A stretch of DNA of 64,000 nt from Alphaproteobacteria bacterium (GTDB lineage Bacteria; Pseudomonadota; Alphaproteobacteria; JAQWUY01), in NCBI GenBank assembly GCA_965232465.1, contig OZ246977.1:66829-130828 (forward strand), written 5' to 3'. The position numbers and the translations under genes were made by a program. Below are positions 56,515 through 64,000 of this stretch, one piece after another. Position 1 is the first letter of the stretch. Each line of letters begins with the position of its first letter. The notes beneath the pieces are model-generated. The model was not told the origin of the DNA, did no database searches, and worked only from the letters and a program-made list of their open reading frames with translations.

Positions 56515-57585
56515 TTACTTTACACGGAAAGTAGGTTTAAACCCACCAGCCGCCAACGAAGAATCCCTATCGAATGTGTTGATATTTACTGAATCAATCA
56601 CATATAATTTTGGACCCACATGTTTATCGTATGGTTTGTTTTCCAAGATGCGTACGGCTTGGTCAATGGCAACCCGCCCTTGAATAACTGAGGAATCCGT
56701 CGGTGCCGCCAAGATGTGACCCCGCTTGATACCTTGGTATACACCGGGGGTAAAGTAATAAGACATAATGTTAATGTCATCCAATTGCCCTTTGGAACGT
56801 AGTAAACCAACCGCAGCTTCGGCGGTCACCGCTGTGCCGACCACATAATCCACATGTCCATAGGTTTGCAACACATCTTCCACCAATTTTAATTGGGTTT
56901 CTTTACCCGTGTCACCGTATTTGGTTGCTACAATTTCAATATTACTGCCTTTAATGGCTTTTTGGAAACCAGTGTTACCCGCTTCTACCCAACCTGCACC
57001 AGGGGGTCCAGGGAACCATGCCACTTTCACTTTTTTACCGGCATTTTTGCTTTGCTTTACGATATATTCCCCTGCTTTATATCCCATTTCGCCAAACGAT
57101 ACCAATGATTTTGCCGATAACTTAGGCGAAGACATACCATTCACCACATCGATCACAGGCACGCCCTTAGCACGCACAGATTCAACGGTTTTGTTCAAAC
57201 CATCAAAAGAAATCGCACCAATAATAACCGCATCCGCCCCACTGGCAACACAGTCTTCAATTTGGGAAATTTGTTTATTCAGGTTTGTGTACCCACCCGC
57301 TTCGACCAAGTTCATGGAAATTCCCAAACGATTTGCCTCGTCCACAACGCCATAATTTACCGCCGTCCAATAGGCATCTTTTAGGTGGGGGAAGGATACG
57401 CAAATATCCCATTTTTTTGATACAGATTCCAGTGGCACATAGCTCTTGGTGGTACGGGGGCTGTCCATGTTAAATGCCGGTTCCCATACTTCCACATCAA
57501 ACGGATACCATGTATCCGATGCCTGTGTACCAAGTCCTGTTGCCCAGATAAGACTGATTACAGTTAATTTAATAAAATTTTTCAT
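56515..57585 (-). CDS. Periplasmic binding protein, type-I fold, TorT-like
   Basis: 356 aa with a signal peptide (LIWATGLGTQA). WDICVSFPHLKDAYWTAVNYG...VEAGGY....Q..QIEDC, ...YYFTPGVYQGIKRGHILAAPTDSSVIQGRVAIDQAVRIL and a C-terminal SLAAGGFKP are collinear with E. coli TorT as I remember it. Confidence 0.7.
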   Translation of the reverse strand: MKNFIKLTVISLIWATGLGTQASDTWYPFDVEVWEPAFNMDSPRTTKSYVPLESVSKKWDICVSFPHLKDAYWTAVNYGVVDEANRLGISMNLVEAGGYTNLNKQISQIEDCVASGADAVIIGAISFDGLNKTVESVRAKGVPVIDVVNGMSSPKLSAKSLVSFGEMGYKAGEYIVKQSKNAGKKVKVAWFPGPPGAGWVEAGNTGFQKAIKGSNIEIVATKYGDTGKETQLKLVEDVLQTYGHVDYVVGTAVTAEAAVGLLRSKGQLDDINIMSYYFTPGVYQGIKRGHILAAPTDSSVIQGRVAIDQAVRILENKPYDKHVGPKLYVIDSVNINTFDRDSSLAAGGFKPTFRVK

Positions 57586-57909
57586 ATTACTCTCCTTGTG
57601 GTTTTAAGGTAGCACATTTAATAAAAAGAATTGCCTACCTAGTTAAATTTTGGGACTACTTTACATGTAATCCCCCCGAATCATGATATTGATGCCTTTT
57701 CTTATATTTTATTAATATTTCATTTCCATTTCAGGATATTACAAAAATATAGAGTTGTCTATTTCATTATTTTGTATTTAATATTCGGAAAAACAGAATA
57801 TAATTTTGTTTTATTATTTTTATTATCATGGTACAAGTATATTATATCAAGCAAGTATATATATAGTATTTTTTTATAAACTGGTCCATTTTAAAAGGGG
57901 TAAAAAAAT

Positions 57910-58854
57910 ATGAATACAAGTGACATTAATATTAAGGATTTTCCTTTTACATTAAAGCAAATAAAATACTTTATTGCGGTCGTTGAATATAAAAAAGTAA
58001 CCACCGCCGCCAAGTATATTTTTATTTCCCCATCGGTCATCACCACCGCTATTAAAGACTTAGAATCACACTTGCAGGTAACCTTATTCGAACGCACCAA
58101 GAATGGGTTACAATTGACCCGTGAAGGCGATATTTTTCTGAACCACTGTAATGATATATTGTCGGTGGTATCCTCCACTTATAACGCTGTACAAGGGCTG
58201 TCTATGTACACAAAAAATATGCTAATGGGGACATTAAGAATTGGTTGTACGGAAACCATATCTGGATATTTGTTATTAAAATTGATAACCCCTTTTCAGC
58301 AATATTTCCCTAATATAAACCTGCGTATCAAAGAATATTCCCGTACTGTACTAGAAAAAAATATCCTTAATGGTACCATAGATGTCGCCCTTGCCATAAC
58401 CGATAATTTGGTGCATTTGGACAAATTATATTATGAAATAATCGTACGATCACAACGCAATCTGTGGGTATCAAATACGCACGAATTTTTACAAAGGGAT
58501 ATTGTGGAATTATCAGATGTTGCCAAACAGCCTTTTGTGCAATTAACTTTGGATGAGGCAAAACGCAATAACTTGAAATACTGGAAACGCTTTGGGCTGA
58601 AACCAAATATTGTATATGAATCAAATTCCGTCGAATCCATTCGGGGTATGGTGTCCAATGGACATGGGGTTACTATATTATCAGATATGGTGTACCGCCC
58701 ATGGTCGCTGGATGGAAAACGCATTGAGCGCATAAAACTGATGGCGGAAACCAAAAACATGAATATCGGCTTAGTATGGCTAAAAGACTGTGAAAAAAGC
58801 AAAGAAATGCAGGAATTTATATCATTTTGTACCAAGCAAACCGCTAATATGTGA
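57910..58854 (+). CDS. LysR-family transcriptional regulator, divergent from the nine-gene operon
   Basis: 314 aa with the HTH LKQIKYFIAVVEYKKVTTAAKYIFISPSVITTAIKDLESHL. Confidence 0.85.
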   Translation: MNTSDINIKDFPFTLKQIKYFIAVVEYKKVTTAAKYIFISPSVITTAIKDLESHLQVTLFERTKNGLQLTREGDIFLNHCNDILSVVSSTYNAVQGLSMYTKNMLMGTLRIGCTETISGYLLLKLITPFQQYFPNINLRIKEYSRTVLEKNILNGTIDVALAITDNLVHLDKLYYEIIVRSQRNLWVSNTHEFLQRDIVELSDVAKQPFVQLTLDEAKRNNLKYWKRFGLKPNIVYESNSVESIRGMVSNGHGVTILSDMVYRPWSLDGKRIERIKLMAETKNMNIGLVWLKDCEKSKEMQEFISFCTKQTANM

Positions 58855-58912
58855 TCATTTTACAGTGTGTTAGCCCCATATTTTAAAATGTATAAAAAAG
58901 CCCCATTTTATG

Positions 58913-58978
58913 ATCCAGAATAATATAGTCAAATCAATATAAATGGGTTTGATAAAATGCGGTTACAACCGCTTGCCA
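58913..58978 (-). mobile_element. MITE-like repeat, copy 4 (right-arm fragment, inverted)
   Basis: atccagaataatatagtcaaatcaatataaatgggtttgataaaatgcggttacaaccgcttgcc aligns with the reverse complement of 7131-7194 of copy 1. Confidence 0.55.
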
Positions 58979-59462
58979 TGTGTTACTATGAAATTAGCTA
59001 GCTGGGCGAATTTTTTCATTATTTAAATAATTATGACATTGATACTATCGAGGATTATGTATTTTTTAATTCTTCGGACGAAAATACTTCTTTGCCTCGA
59101 ACAAACATAACAAATAATATACCCATTAGCATAGGTGCTTGTATATCTTGCCAATCGGCATATACAAACATAGATTTTCTAGGGGATTGTGATATAGGTT
59201 ATACTCCTCTTAGGCGGGATACCCGGTGCTTAGGTATGGTTAAGCCCGCATCTTGTAAGCGTCTGCCCAAGGGGTCTTCACTGGCAACAGCAAACAAATC
59301 TTTATCTAATCCCAGACAAAATAATACATTTGCATAGGTATAAAGATTTTCTTTTTCATTTTTTTCAGCCAATCATAATAATGGTTACAAATATATTCAA
59401 AGTTACATAACATTGTATAAAATAATAACCATTATGTCAAGTACAATTTATATTAATACAAA

Positions 59463-59954
59463 TCACTCGAATGCAATTAGAACCTGTAACGCATGGTACA
59501 ATCCATCTTGTGTGGTTTGTGTGCGTACAGATAGGCGGTCGCCCACATAGTTTTTTTTATAAATGTGCGGTTTGCCCCCCTTGGATGCAATGCCAATATA
59601 TACCAACCCCACAGGTTTTTCCGGTGTGCCACCACTTGGACCGGCAATCCCTGTACAGGCGATGGCAATGTCTGCGTTTGCGGTTTTTAATGCCCCTTGT
59701 GCCATTTGTTGGGCGGTTTGTGCGGATACGGCACCATATGTGTTAAGGGTGGTTGGGGATACGCCGATCATATCTTGTTTGGCTTGGTTGCTGTATGTGA
59801 TAAAGGCTTGTTCAAACACAGCACTTGCCCCCGATATACCGGTCAAGGTTGCGGATATAAGACCGCCCGTACACGATTCGGCGGTACAAATGGTTTTTTG
59901 TTGGGCAATAAGTGTATGAATCAGTTTTTCCGCTATGTCCATGTTTGTATCCAT
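59463..59954 (-). CDS. pncC: CinA-family protein (nicotinamide-nucleotide amidohydrolase PncC domain)
   Basis: TAESCTGGLISATLTGISGAS.VF..AFITYSN.AK...IGV, AIACTGIAGP.GG...KPVGLVYIG. The start is uncertain (59954 or 59942) and it overlaps the pgpA 3' end. Confidence 0.85.
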   Translation of the reverse strand: MDTNMDIAEKLIHTLIAQQKTICTAESCTGGLISATLTGISGASAVFEQAFITYSNQAKQDMIGVSPTTLNTYGAVSAQTAQQMAQGALKTANADIAIACTGIAGPSGGTPEKPVGLVYIGIASKGGKPHIYKKNYVGDRLSVRTQTTQDGLYHALQVLIAFE

Positions 59955-60442
59955 TCGATGCCCCCATATTGCCATATGAACCACACGGCAATCATGGCAT
60001 ATATTGCGGCGAATATATCGTCGAGCATAACGCTAAAAGGGGTTTTTTGTTTGTCTATGACATTGGCGGGGAATATTTTTACAATGTCAAAAAAACGAAA
60101 TACAAAAAACGCTATCCCATATAATATGATATCGACCGGTATAATCGCCAAGGTTAAAAATATACCCGCCATTTCGTCGATGACCACTTCGCTGGCATCG
60201 TGTGTGTGTGTGTGTTTTTCGTATATAGTGGTGGCAATCCACCCCACAAAAAACGCCAAAAAAGAGGCACATACCAACCAAATAGGCGATAACACAGTGG
60301 CAATCCCATAAGCAATCGGCATCGTGGCAAGTGTGCCCCAAGTCCCGCTGGCGGGTTTTATAAAACCAATGCCCCCAAGGGATACGATATATTTTGCAAC
60401 AAAGTGTACAACAGAATTTACAATAAGGTGTATATGTATCAT
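59933..60442 (-). CDS. pgpA: Phosphatidylglycerophosphatase A
   Basis: Start chosen at MIHIHLIV (60442), forming an ATGA overlap with the ispF stop. Motifs are GGIGFIKPASGTWGTLA, DASEVVIDEMAG, FRFFDIVK.FP and DDIFAA.YA. Confidence 0.85.
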   Translation of the reverse strand: MIHIHLIVNSVVHFVAKYIVSLGGIGFIKPASGTWGTLATMPIAYGIATVLSPIWLVCASFLAFFVGWIATTIYEKHTHTHDASEVVIDEMAGIFLTLAIIPVDIILYGIAFFVFRFFDIVKIFPANVIDKQKTPFSVMLDDIFAAIYAMIAVWFIWQYGGIEWIQTWT

Positions 60443-60909
60443 GGGTGTATAAAAATGGTGGCAATAGCGTATACGGCAATCCCCTCCGCCCGTCCGACAA
60501 AGCCCATTTGTTCCGAAGTGGTGGCTTTGATGGATATGGCATTTAAGGGGATGTGTAACAGGGTGCTGATATGTTGTCGCATTGCCATACAATGGGGGTT
60601 AATTTGCGGGGATTCGGCAACAATTGTGATATCGATATTGCCAATATATCCGCCCGTGTCGACAATATGGTCACAGGCGTGTTGTAAAAATACGGTGCTA
60701 TTCATATTTTTATATGTGGTATCGGATGGGGGGAAGTGGTGTCCAATATCCCCATTGGCACTTGCCCCATATAACGCATCGGTAATCGCATGCAGGGCAA
60801 CATCCCCATCGGAATGGGCATCAAGTCCCTGTGTGTGTGGAATTTTTATACCACATAGCATAATGTGGTCGCCCTGCGTAAACGCATGCACATCGTACCC
60901 CAATCCCAT
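60439..60909 (-). CDS. ispF: 2-C-methyl-D-erythritol 2,4-cyclodiphosphate synthase (monofunctional)
   Basis: MGLGYDVHAF...GIKIPH..GL.AHSDGDVALHAITDAL.GA...GDIG.HFP..D..YK...S..FL matches the IspF N-terminus. The ORF is open upstream to 61002 but contains no IspD domain. Confidence 0.88.
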   Translation of the reverse strand: MGLGYDVHAFTQGDHIMLCGIKIPHTQGLDAHSDGDVALHAITDALYGASANGDIGHHFPPSDTTYKNMNSTVFLQHACDHIVDTGGYIGNIDITIVAESPQINPHCMAMRQHISTLLHIPLNAISIKATTSEQMGFVGRAEGIAVYAIATIFIHP

Positions 60910-61132
60910 ACGGGGTATAAAACCCATATGTACGGTGCTGATGTGATTATGATATTTTGCTGTCATGGGGCACAGTATACAAAAACAGTATGGCAATTGC
61001 AATTTGTAAATATAGGCATGTCTATATTTGTTTGAGGTGTAAAGAGGTATCGGTTAATGTATATTGCAATGTATTGTGTAAACTTCATTTGGCGTTTGCA
61101 AGTTAAATTTTATATGGTGAAAATTCTGTGTA

Positions 61133-61474
61133 CTATTTCAACAGGCTTGTTATCCTCCTTATAATGTCTTCTATGTAATCGGGGTGTAGGGTGGTTTGTT
61201 TTTTGATGTTTCGTTGTTTCCAATCAAGACTTTTCACTTGATCGCATAAGGCGTGTCCTACGACCTTATCATTGCCCCCATCAATACAAACTTTCCAACC
61301 TTTGGTAGCAGGTAGCCCAACGCCACTTGTAATCGGCACAAACAGAGCCAATCCCATTTGATTGTATTCCCATCTTGACAAAACGATTGCAGGTCTTCGC
61401 CCCCTTTGTTCGTTGCCTGTTTGTGGGTTAAAGTCTAAATAGACAATATCGCCCCTTTGTGGTACATAGTGCAT
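61133..61474 (-). CDS. mazF: Type II toxin, MazF/PemK-family endoribonuclease
   Basis: 113 aa with YVPQRGDIVYLDFNPQTGNEQRGRRPAIVLS, PITSG and ALCDQVKSLDW. Confidence 0.88.
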   Translation of the reverse strand: MHYVPQRGDIVYLDFNPQTGNEQRGRRPAIVLSRWEYNQMGLALFVPITSGVGLPATKGWKVCIDGGNDKVVGHALCDQVKSLDWKQRNIKKQTTLHPDYIEDIIRRITSLLK

Positions 61475-61476
61475 GA

Positions 61477-61725
61477 TTATAATGCTTCTTTACCAGCCGC
61501 ATGGGTATCCCAAGCATAGGGTTCTGGGTCATGTTCTGCTAATAGGTCATAAAAATCATATTCTGCCTTTTTAGGTTTTAATACCCATTCGCCTTGGGCG
61601 TTATTTTCAATTTTTAATACATCGCCCTCTTTGACTTTCATACTTTGTAATAAAGATTTCGGTAATTTAGCCCCAAGGCTATTTTCCTCAAGGCTGTTTC
61701 CCCATTTCTTGATTGTTATTTCCAT
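61477..61725 (-). CDS. mazE: Type II antitoxin, MazE/AbrB(SpoVT)-fold
   Basis: Start chosen at MEITIKKWGNS, because the predicted promoter lies inside the longer ORF. It has the SpoVT/AbrB motif and an acidic C-terminus, and ends 2 nt before mazF. Confidence 0.8.
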   Translation of the reverse strand: MEITIKKWGNSLEENSLGAKLPKSLLQSMKVKEGDVLKIENNAQGEWVLKPKKAEYDFYDLLAEHDPEPYAWDTHAAGKEAL

Positions 61726-61759
61726 AGTTTTGATCCTGTGCAGGTTAAAATATATATGC

Positions 61760-61788
61760 AGTGTATATACACTTTCGAAGTTTGTCAA
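61760..61788 (-). promoter_or_regulatory. mazEF promoter with an overlapping palindromic operator
   Basis: The minus strand reads TTGACA, a 17-nt spacer, then TACACT. The 14-bp perfect palindrome agtgtatatacact (61760-61773) covers the -10 element. Confidence 0.5.
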
Positions 61789-61878
61789 GATGGTATTCTG
61801 ATTGTCTTAGCCATTTGGGTAAAGCGGTGTCTGTTGTGTTGCTGGTTTCTGTATCTGTATTATCAAATATATAAAGAC

Positions 61879-62508
61879 TTAATATCCCGCCTGTAATGTT
61901 TTTATGAAATCGTTTAATCCGCTTTGGCGGATGCGTCTTAGGCGTTCGGATTGTAAGATGGCTTTGGCGTCGGTAATTGCCTGTTGTATATCACGATTGA
62001 CAATGACCCAATCGTATTCGGCAAAGTGCGACATTTCGTCTGCGGCTTTTGCCATACGGTTTTGTACCACCTGAGGCGAATCTTGGGCACGGTTTCGGAG
62101 GCGTTTTTCCAAGTCTCTTGTGCTGGGCGGTAATATGAATACTTTGACCAAGTCCTCCCGCATGTGTTCCGCCAGTTGTTGCCCCCCTTGCCAGTCGATA
62201 TCGAACAAGATGTCTTGTCCCTTGTTTAACGCCTTGATAACCGGTGCTTTGGGCGTACCATAATAATTGCCAAACACTTTGGCATGTTCCAACAATTCCC
62301 CCTTATGGATCATTTTTGTGAATTGGGATTGGCTGACAAAGGTATAATCGACCCCATCTGTTTCCCCCGGGCGGGGCGGGCGGGTGGTGATGGATATGGA
62401 CAGTTTTACATGCGTATCCCCCTGTAACACTCCCTTTGCAATCGATGTTTTCCCCGCCCCACTTGGGCTGGAAAGTACAAATAATAATCCACGGCGTTTT
62501 ATGTGCAT
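61879..62508 (-). CDS. gmk: Guanylate kinase
   Basis: 209 aa with the P-loop LSSPSGAGKTSI, TTRPPRPGE.DG.DY.F and E.A.VFGNYYGT. Confidence 0.93.
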   Translation of the reverse strand: MHIKRRGLLFVLSSPSGAGKTSIAKGVLQGDTHVKLSISITTRPPRPGETDGVDYTFVSQSQFTKMIHKGELLEHAKVFGNYYGTPKAPVIKALNKGQDILFDIDWQGGQQLAEHMREDLVKVFILPPSTRDLEKRLRNRAQDSPQVVQNRMAKAADEMSHFAEYDWVIVNRDIQQAITDAKAILQSERLRRIRQSGLNDFIKTLQAGY

Positions 62509-62527
62509 GTTGGTGTCCTGTATTTTG

Positions 62528-63517
62528 TTATGGCTTTATGTGGTTGCGATATTTGGTGACATTGCGGTTGTGTTCCCTTAAAGTTTTGGAAAAGACATGT
62601 CCCCCTTGTGGTGATGCGACAAAGTAATAATATGTGTGTTTTTCTGGGTGTAACACGGATTGTAGGGCATGTAATCCCACACTGGCAATCGGTGTGGGGG
62701 GTACCCCATAATGGATATAAGTGTTATAGGGGCTGTCATATGTTAAATCTGATTTGCGAATAGGGCGGTTTAACATCCCGTTGCCATTTGTGATTGCATA
62801 TATCACCGTTGGGTCCGATTGCAATCGCATATTTTTGCGCAGCCTGTTTAAAAATACGCCCGCCACAATCGGCTGTTCCGATGCAATGCCCGTTTCCCGT
62901 TCGACTATGGATGCGAGGACCAATGCCTGTGGTAAAGTGTTTAGGGGAATGGTGGGATCCCGATTTTGCCACATCTGTTCCGCTGTTGCCAGATGTAAGT
63001 CTTGCATTTGTATGATTAAATTTTTGGCGGATGTGTCCCGCTCATAAAAATATGTTTCCGCCCATATAACCTTGTTACGGGGTATCATGGTTTTGTGTTG
63101 CACGAATGCCGTATCCTCGATGATTTTGTCCATATGTCCATACCATACCCCATTGGTAATGGTGATTTTGCGTTGTTTGACTTGGTATGTGTCGATGGCA
63201 TTTAAAATATCAATGCTGCGCATGTGCGGATATATCATATATTCCCCTGATTTGATATGCTTGTTCATAATTTTTATGGCACTGTATACAACAACCGTAT
63301 CCGATTGGGCCATTTGGGCAATTTTTTGTGCCACGGACAATATCGATTGCCCCGATGGGATGTATAAAATATCCTTATTATTTTTTGTTGTATCGATTCG
63401 CATATCGATTCGATTATGTATACTTAACCCGACAATAAACAGGGTTGCGATGGCATACACGCCTATTGCCATATACAGTTGTAACAGACTCTTTTGCACA
63501 GTTTGTTTCACAGACAT
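62528..63517 (-). CDS. mltG: Endolytic murein transglycosylase MltG (YceG family)
   Basis: 329 aa with an N-terminal TM anchor, ASIVERET, VFLNRL...M.LQSDPTV.Y and YNTY...G.PP.PI. Confidence 0.88.
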   Translation of the reverse strand: MSVKQTVQKSLLQLYMAIGVYAIATLFIVGLSIHNRIDMRIDTTKNNKDILYIPSGQSILSVAQKIAQMAQSDTVVVYSAIKIMNKHIKSGEYMIYPHMRSIDILNAIDTYQVKQRKITITNGVWYGHMDKIIEDTAFVQHKTMIPRNKVIWAETYFYERDTSAKNLIIQMQDLHLATAEQMWQNRDPTIPLNTLPQALVLASIVERETGIASEQPIVAGVFLNRLRKNMRLQSDPTVIYAITNGNGMLNRPIRKSDLTYDSPYNTYIHYGVPPTPIASVGLHALQSVLHPEKHTYYYFVASPQGGHVFSKTLREHNRNVTKYRNHIKP

Positions 63518-63560
63518 ATTTATAAACTTGGGCGTATTATATCACAAACAAAAAAACTAC

Positions 63561-63589
63561 AAAAAAACTGCAAAAAATATATTTTGCAG
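63561..63589 (-). terminator. Intrinsic terminator after acpP
   Basis: The minus strand reads CTGCAAAAtatattTTTTGCAG followed by ttttttt. Confidence 0.55.
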
Positions 63590-63622
63590 CTTTTATCATA
63601 TCACATACGAATGATGCAATAC

Positions 63623-63856
63623 TTATGCGTTCGCTTCGATATAAGTAACCGCATCTTGTACAGTTGTAATTTTTTCGGCGGCATCATCTGGGATTTCCAA
63701 GTCGAATTCTTCTTCGAAAGCCATTACCAATTCCACAGTATCCAAACTGTCCGCCCCTAGGTCATCAATAAAAGATGCACCGGCAACGACTTTATCTTCA
63801 TCCACACCCAGGTGCTCTACTACGATTTTGCTTACACGTTCTAAAACATCACTCAT
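63623..63856 (-). CDS. acpP: Acyl carrier protein
   Basis: 77 aa with [31 protein letters not shown]. Confidence 0.97.
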   Translation of the reverse strand: MSDVLERVSKIVVEHLGVDEDKVVAGASFIDDLGADSLDTVELVMAFEEEFDLEIPDDAAEKITTVQDAVTYIEANA

Positions 63857-63948
63857 TTTATTTCCTCTTTTAATACAAAAAAACTGTTATCCTGATGAAT
63901 TTAACAAGGTCCCACATTTTTTTCAAGTAAAAAATACGAAAAAAATGT

Positions 63949-64000
63949 TTATACCATGACCATACCCCCATTAACATGCAAAGTTTGCCCCGTTATGTAC
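63949..64000 (-). CDS. fabG: 3-oxoacyl-ACP reductase FabG, last 16 codons plus stop (5' end beyond the window)
   Basis: The minus strand reads ...GQTLHVNGGMVMV then TAA, the canonical FabG C-terminus, directly upstream of acpP. Confidence 0.7.
   Translation of the reverse strand, partial: YITGQTLHVNGGMVMV

Noticed and set aside
59092-59337. 81-aa plus-strand ORF (non-ATG start)
   Set aside because: It has no RBS and no motifs, and it sits in a region that looks like decayed sequence on the opposite strand.
61133-61788. Larger defence island around mazEF
   Set aside because: The neighbours are housekeeping genes (gmk, ispF). I could recognise no restriction, abortive-infection, retron or nuclease/helicase genes anywhere in the window.

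Overview
This looks like a chromosomal segment of an AT-rich, alphaproteobacterium-like genome, judged from protein sequences and gene order. I could not run any search, so every family call rests on motif recognition. About 60 protein genes are supportable.

Housekeeping genes:
- pyc, truncated at the left edge and therefore absent from the ORF track.
- msrB, amtB, ispE and rpmJ.
- rpsM-rpsK-rpoA.
- The galU-ugd-phosphohexomutase block, then pckA.
- ispF-pgpA-cinA, gmk, mltG and acpP.
- The fabG 3' end at the right edge.

Accessory content:
1. A potABCD-type polyamine importer.
2. A 5.3-kb block made only of mobile DNA. It holds an IS407-type IS3 element with a 4-bp duplication, an IS256-type element, and an IS5-type element split by a second IS3 element with a 3-bp duplication. 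One copy of a ~210-230 bp MITE-like repeat sits at its right edge. That repeat occurs four times in the window.
3. A ~16-kb mosaic catabolic island. It encodes FAH, GntR, a RutE-like nitroreductase, a TRAP transporter, an intradiol dioxygenase, a class-III aminotransferase, ALDH, RidA, DUF1028, a GMC oxidoreductase, LysR, a flavin monooxygenase and an HDAC-type amidohydrolase.
4. A repeat-dense locus carrying a Sec-signal ankyrin-repeat gene. Its 102-bp units are partly identical at DNA level, and the gene is bracketed by 83-bp direct repeats.
5. A nine-gene minus-strand operon, which I consider the best candidate for an undescribed system. It joins a TorT-like binding protein and ABC importer to LamB/PxpA, a BCCP, a biotin carboxylase, PxpB, PxpC and GabT, with a divergent LysR. 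I read it as a possible biotin-dependent lactam (2-pyrrolidone-like) to GABA route.
6. A mazEF module whose antitoxin carries an in-frame 15-bp tandem duplication in the DNA-binding motif.

I saw no rRNA, tRNA, CRISPR array or prophage by eye.
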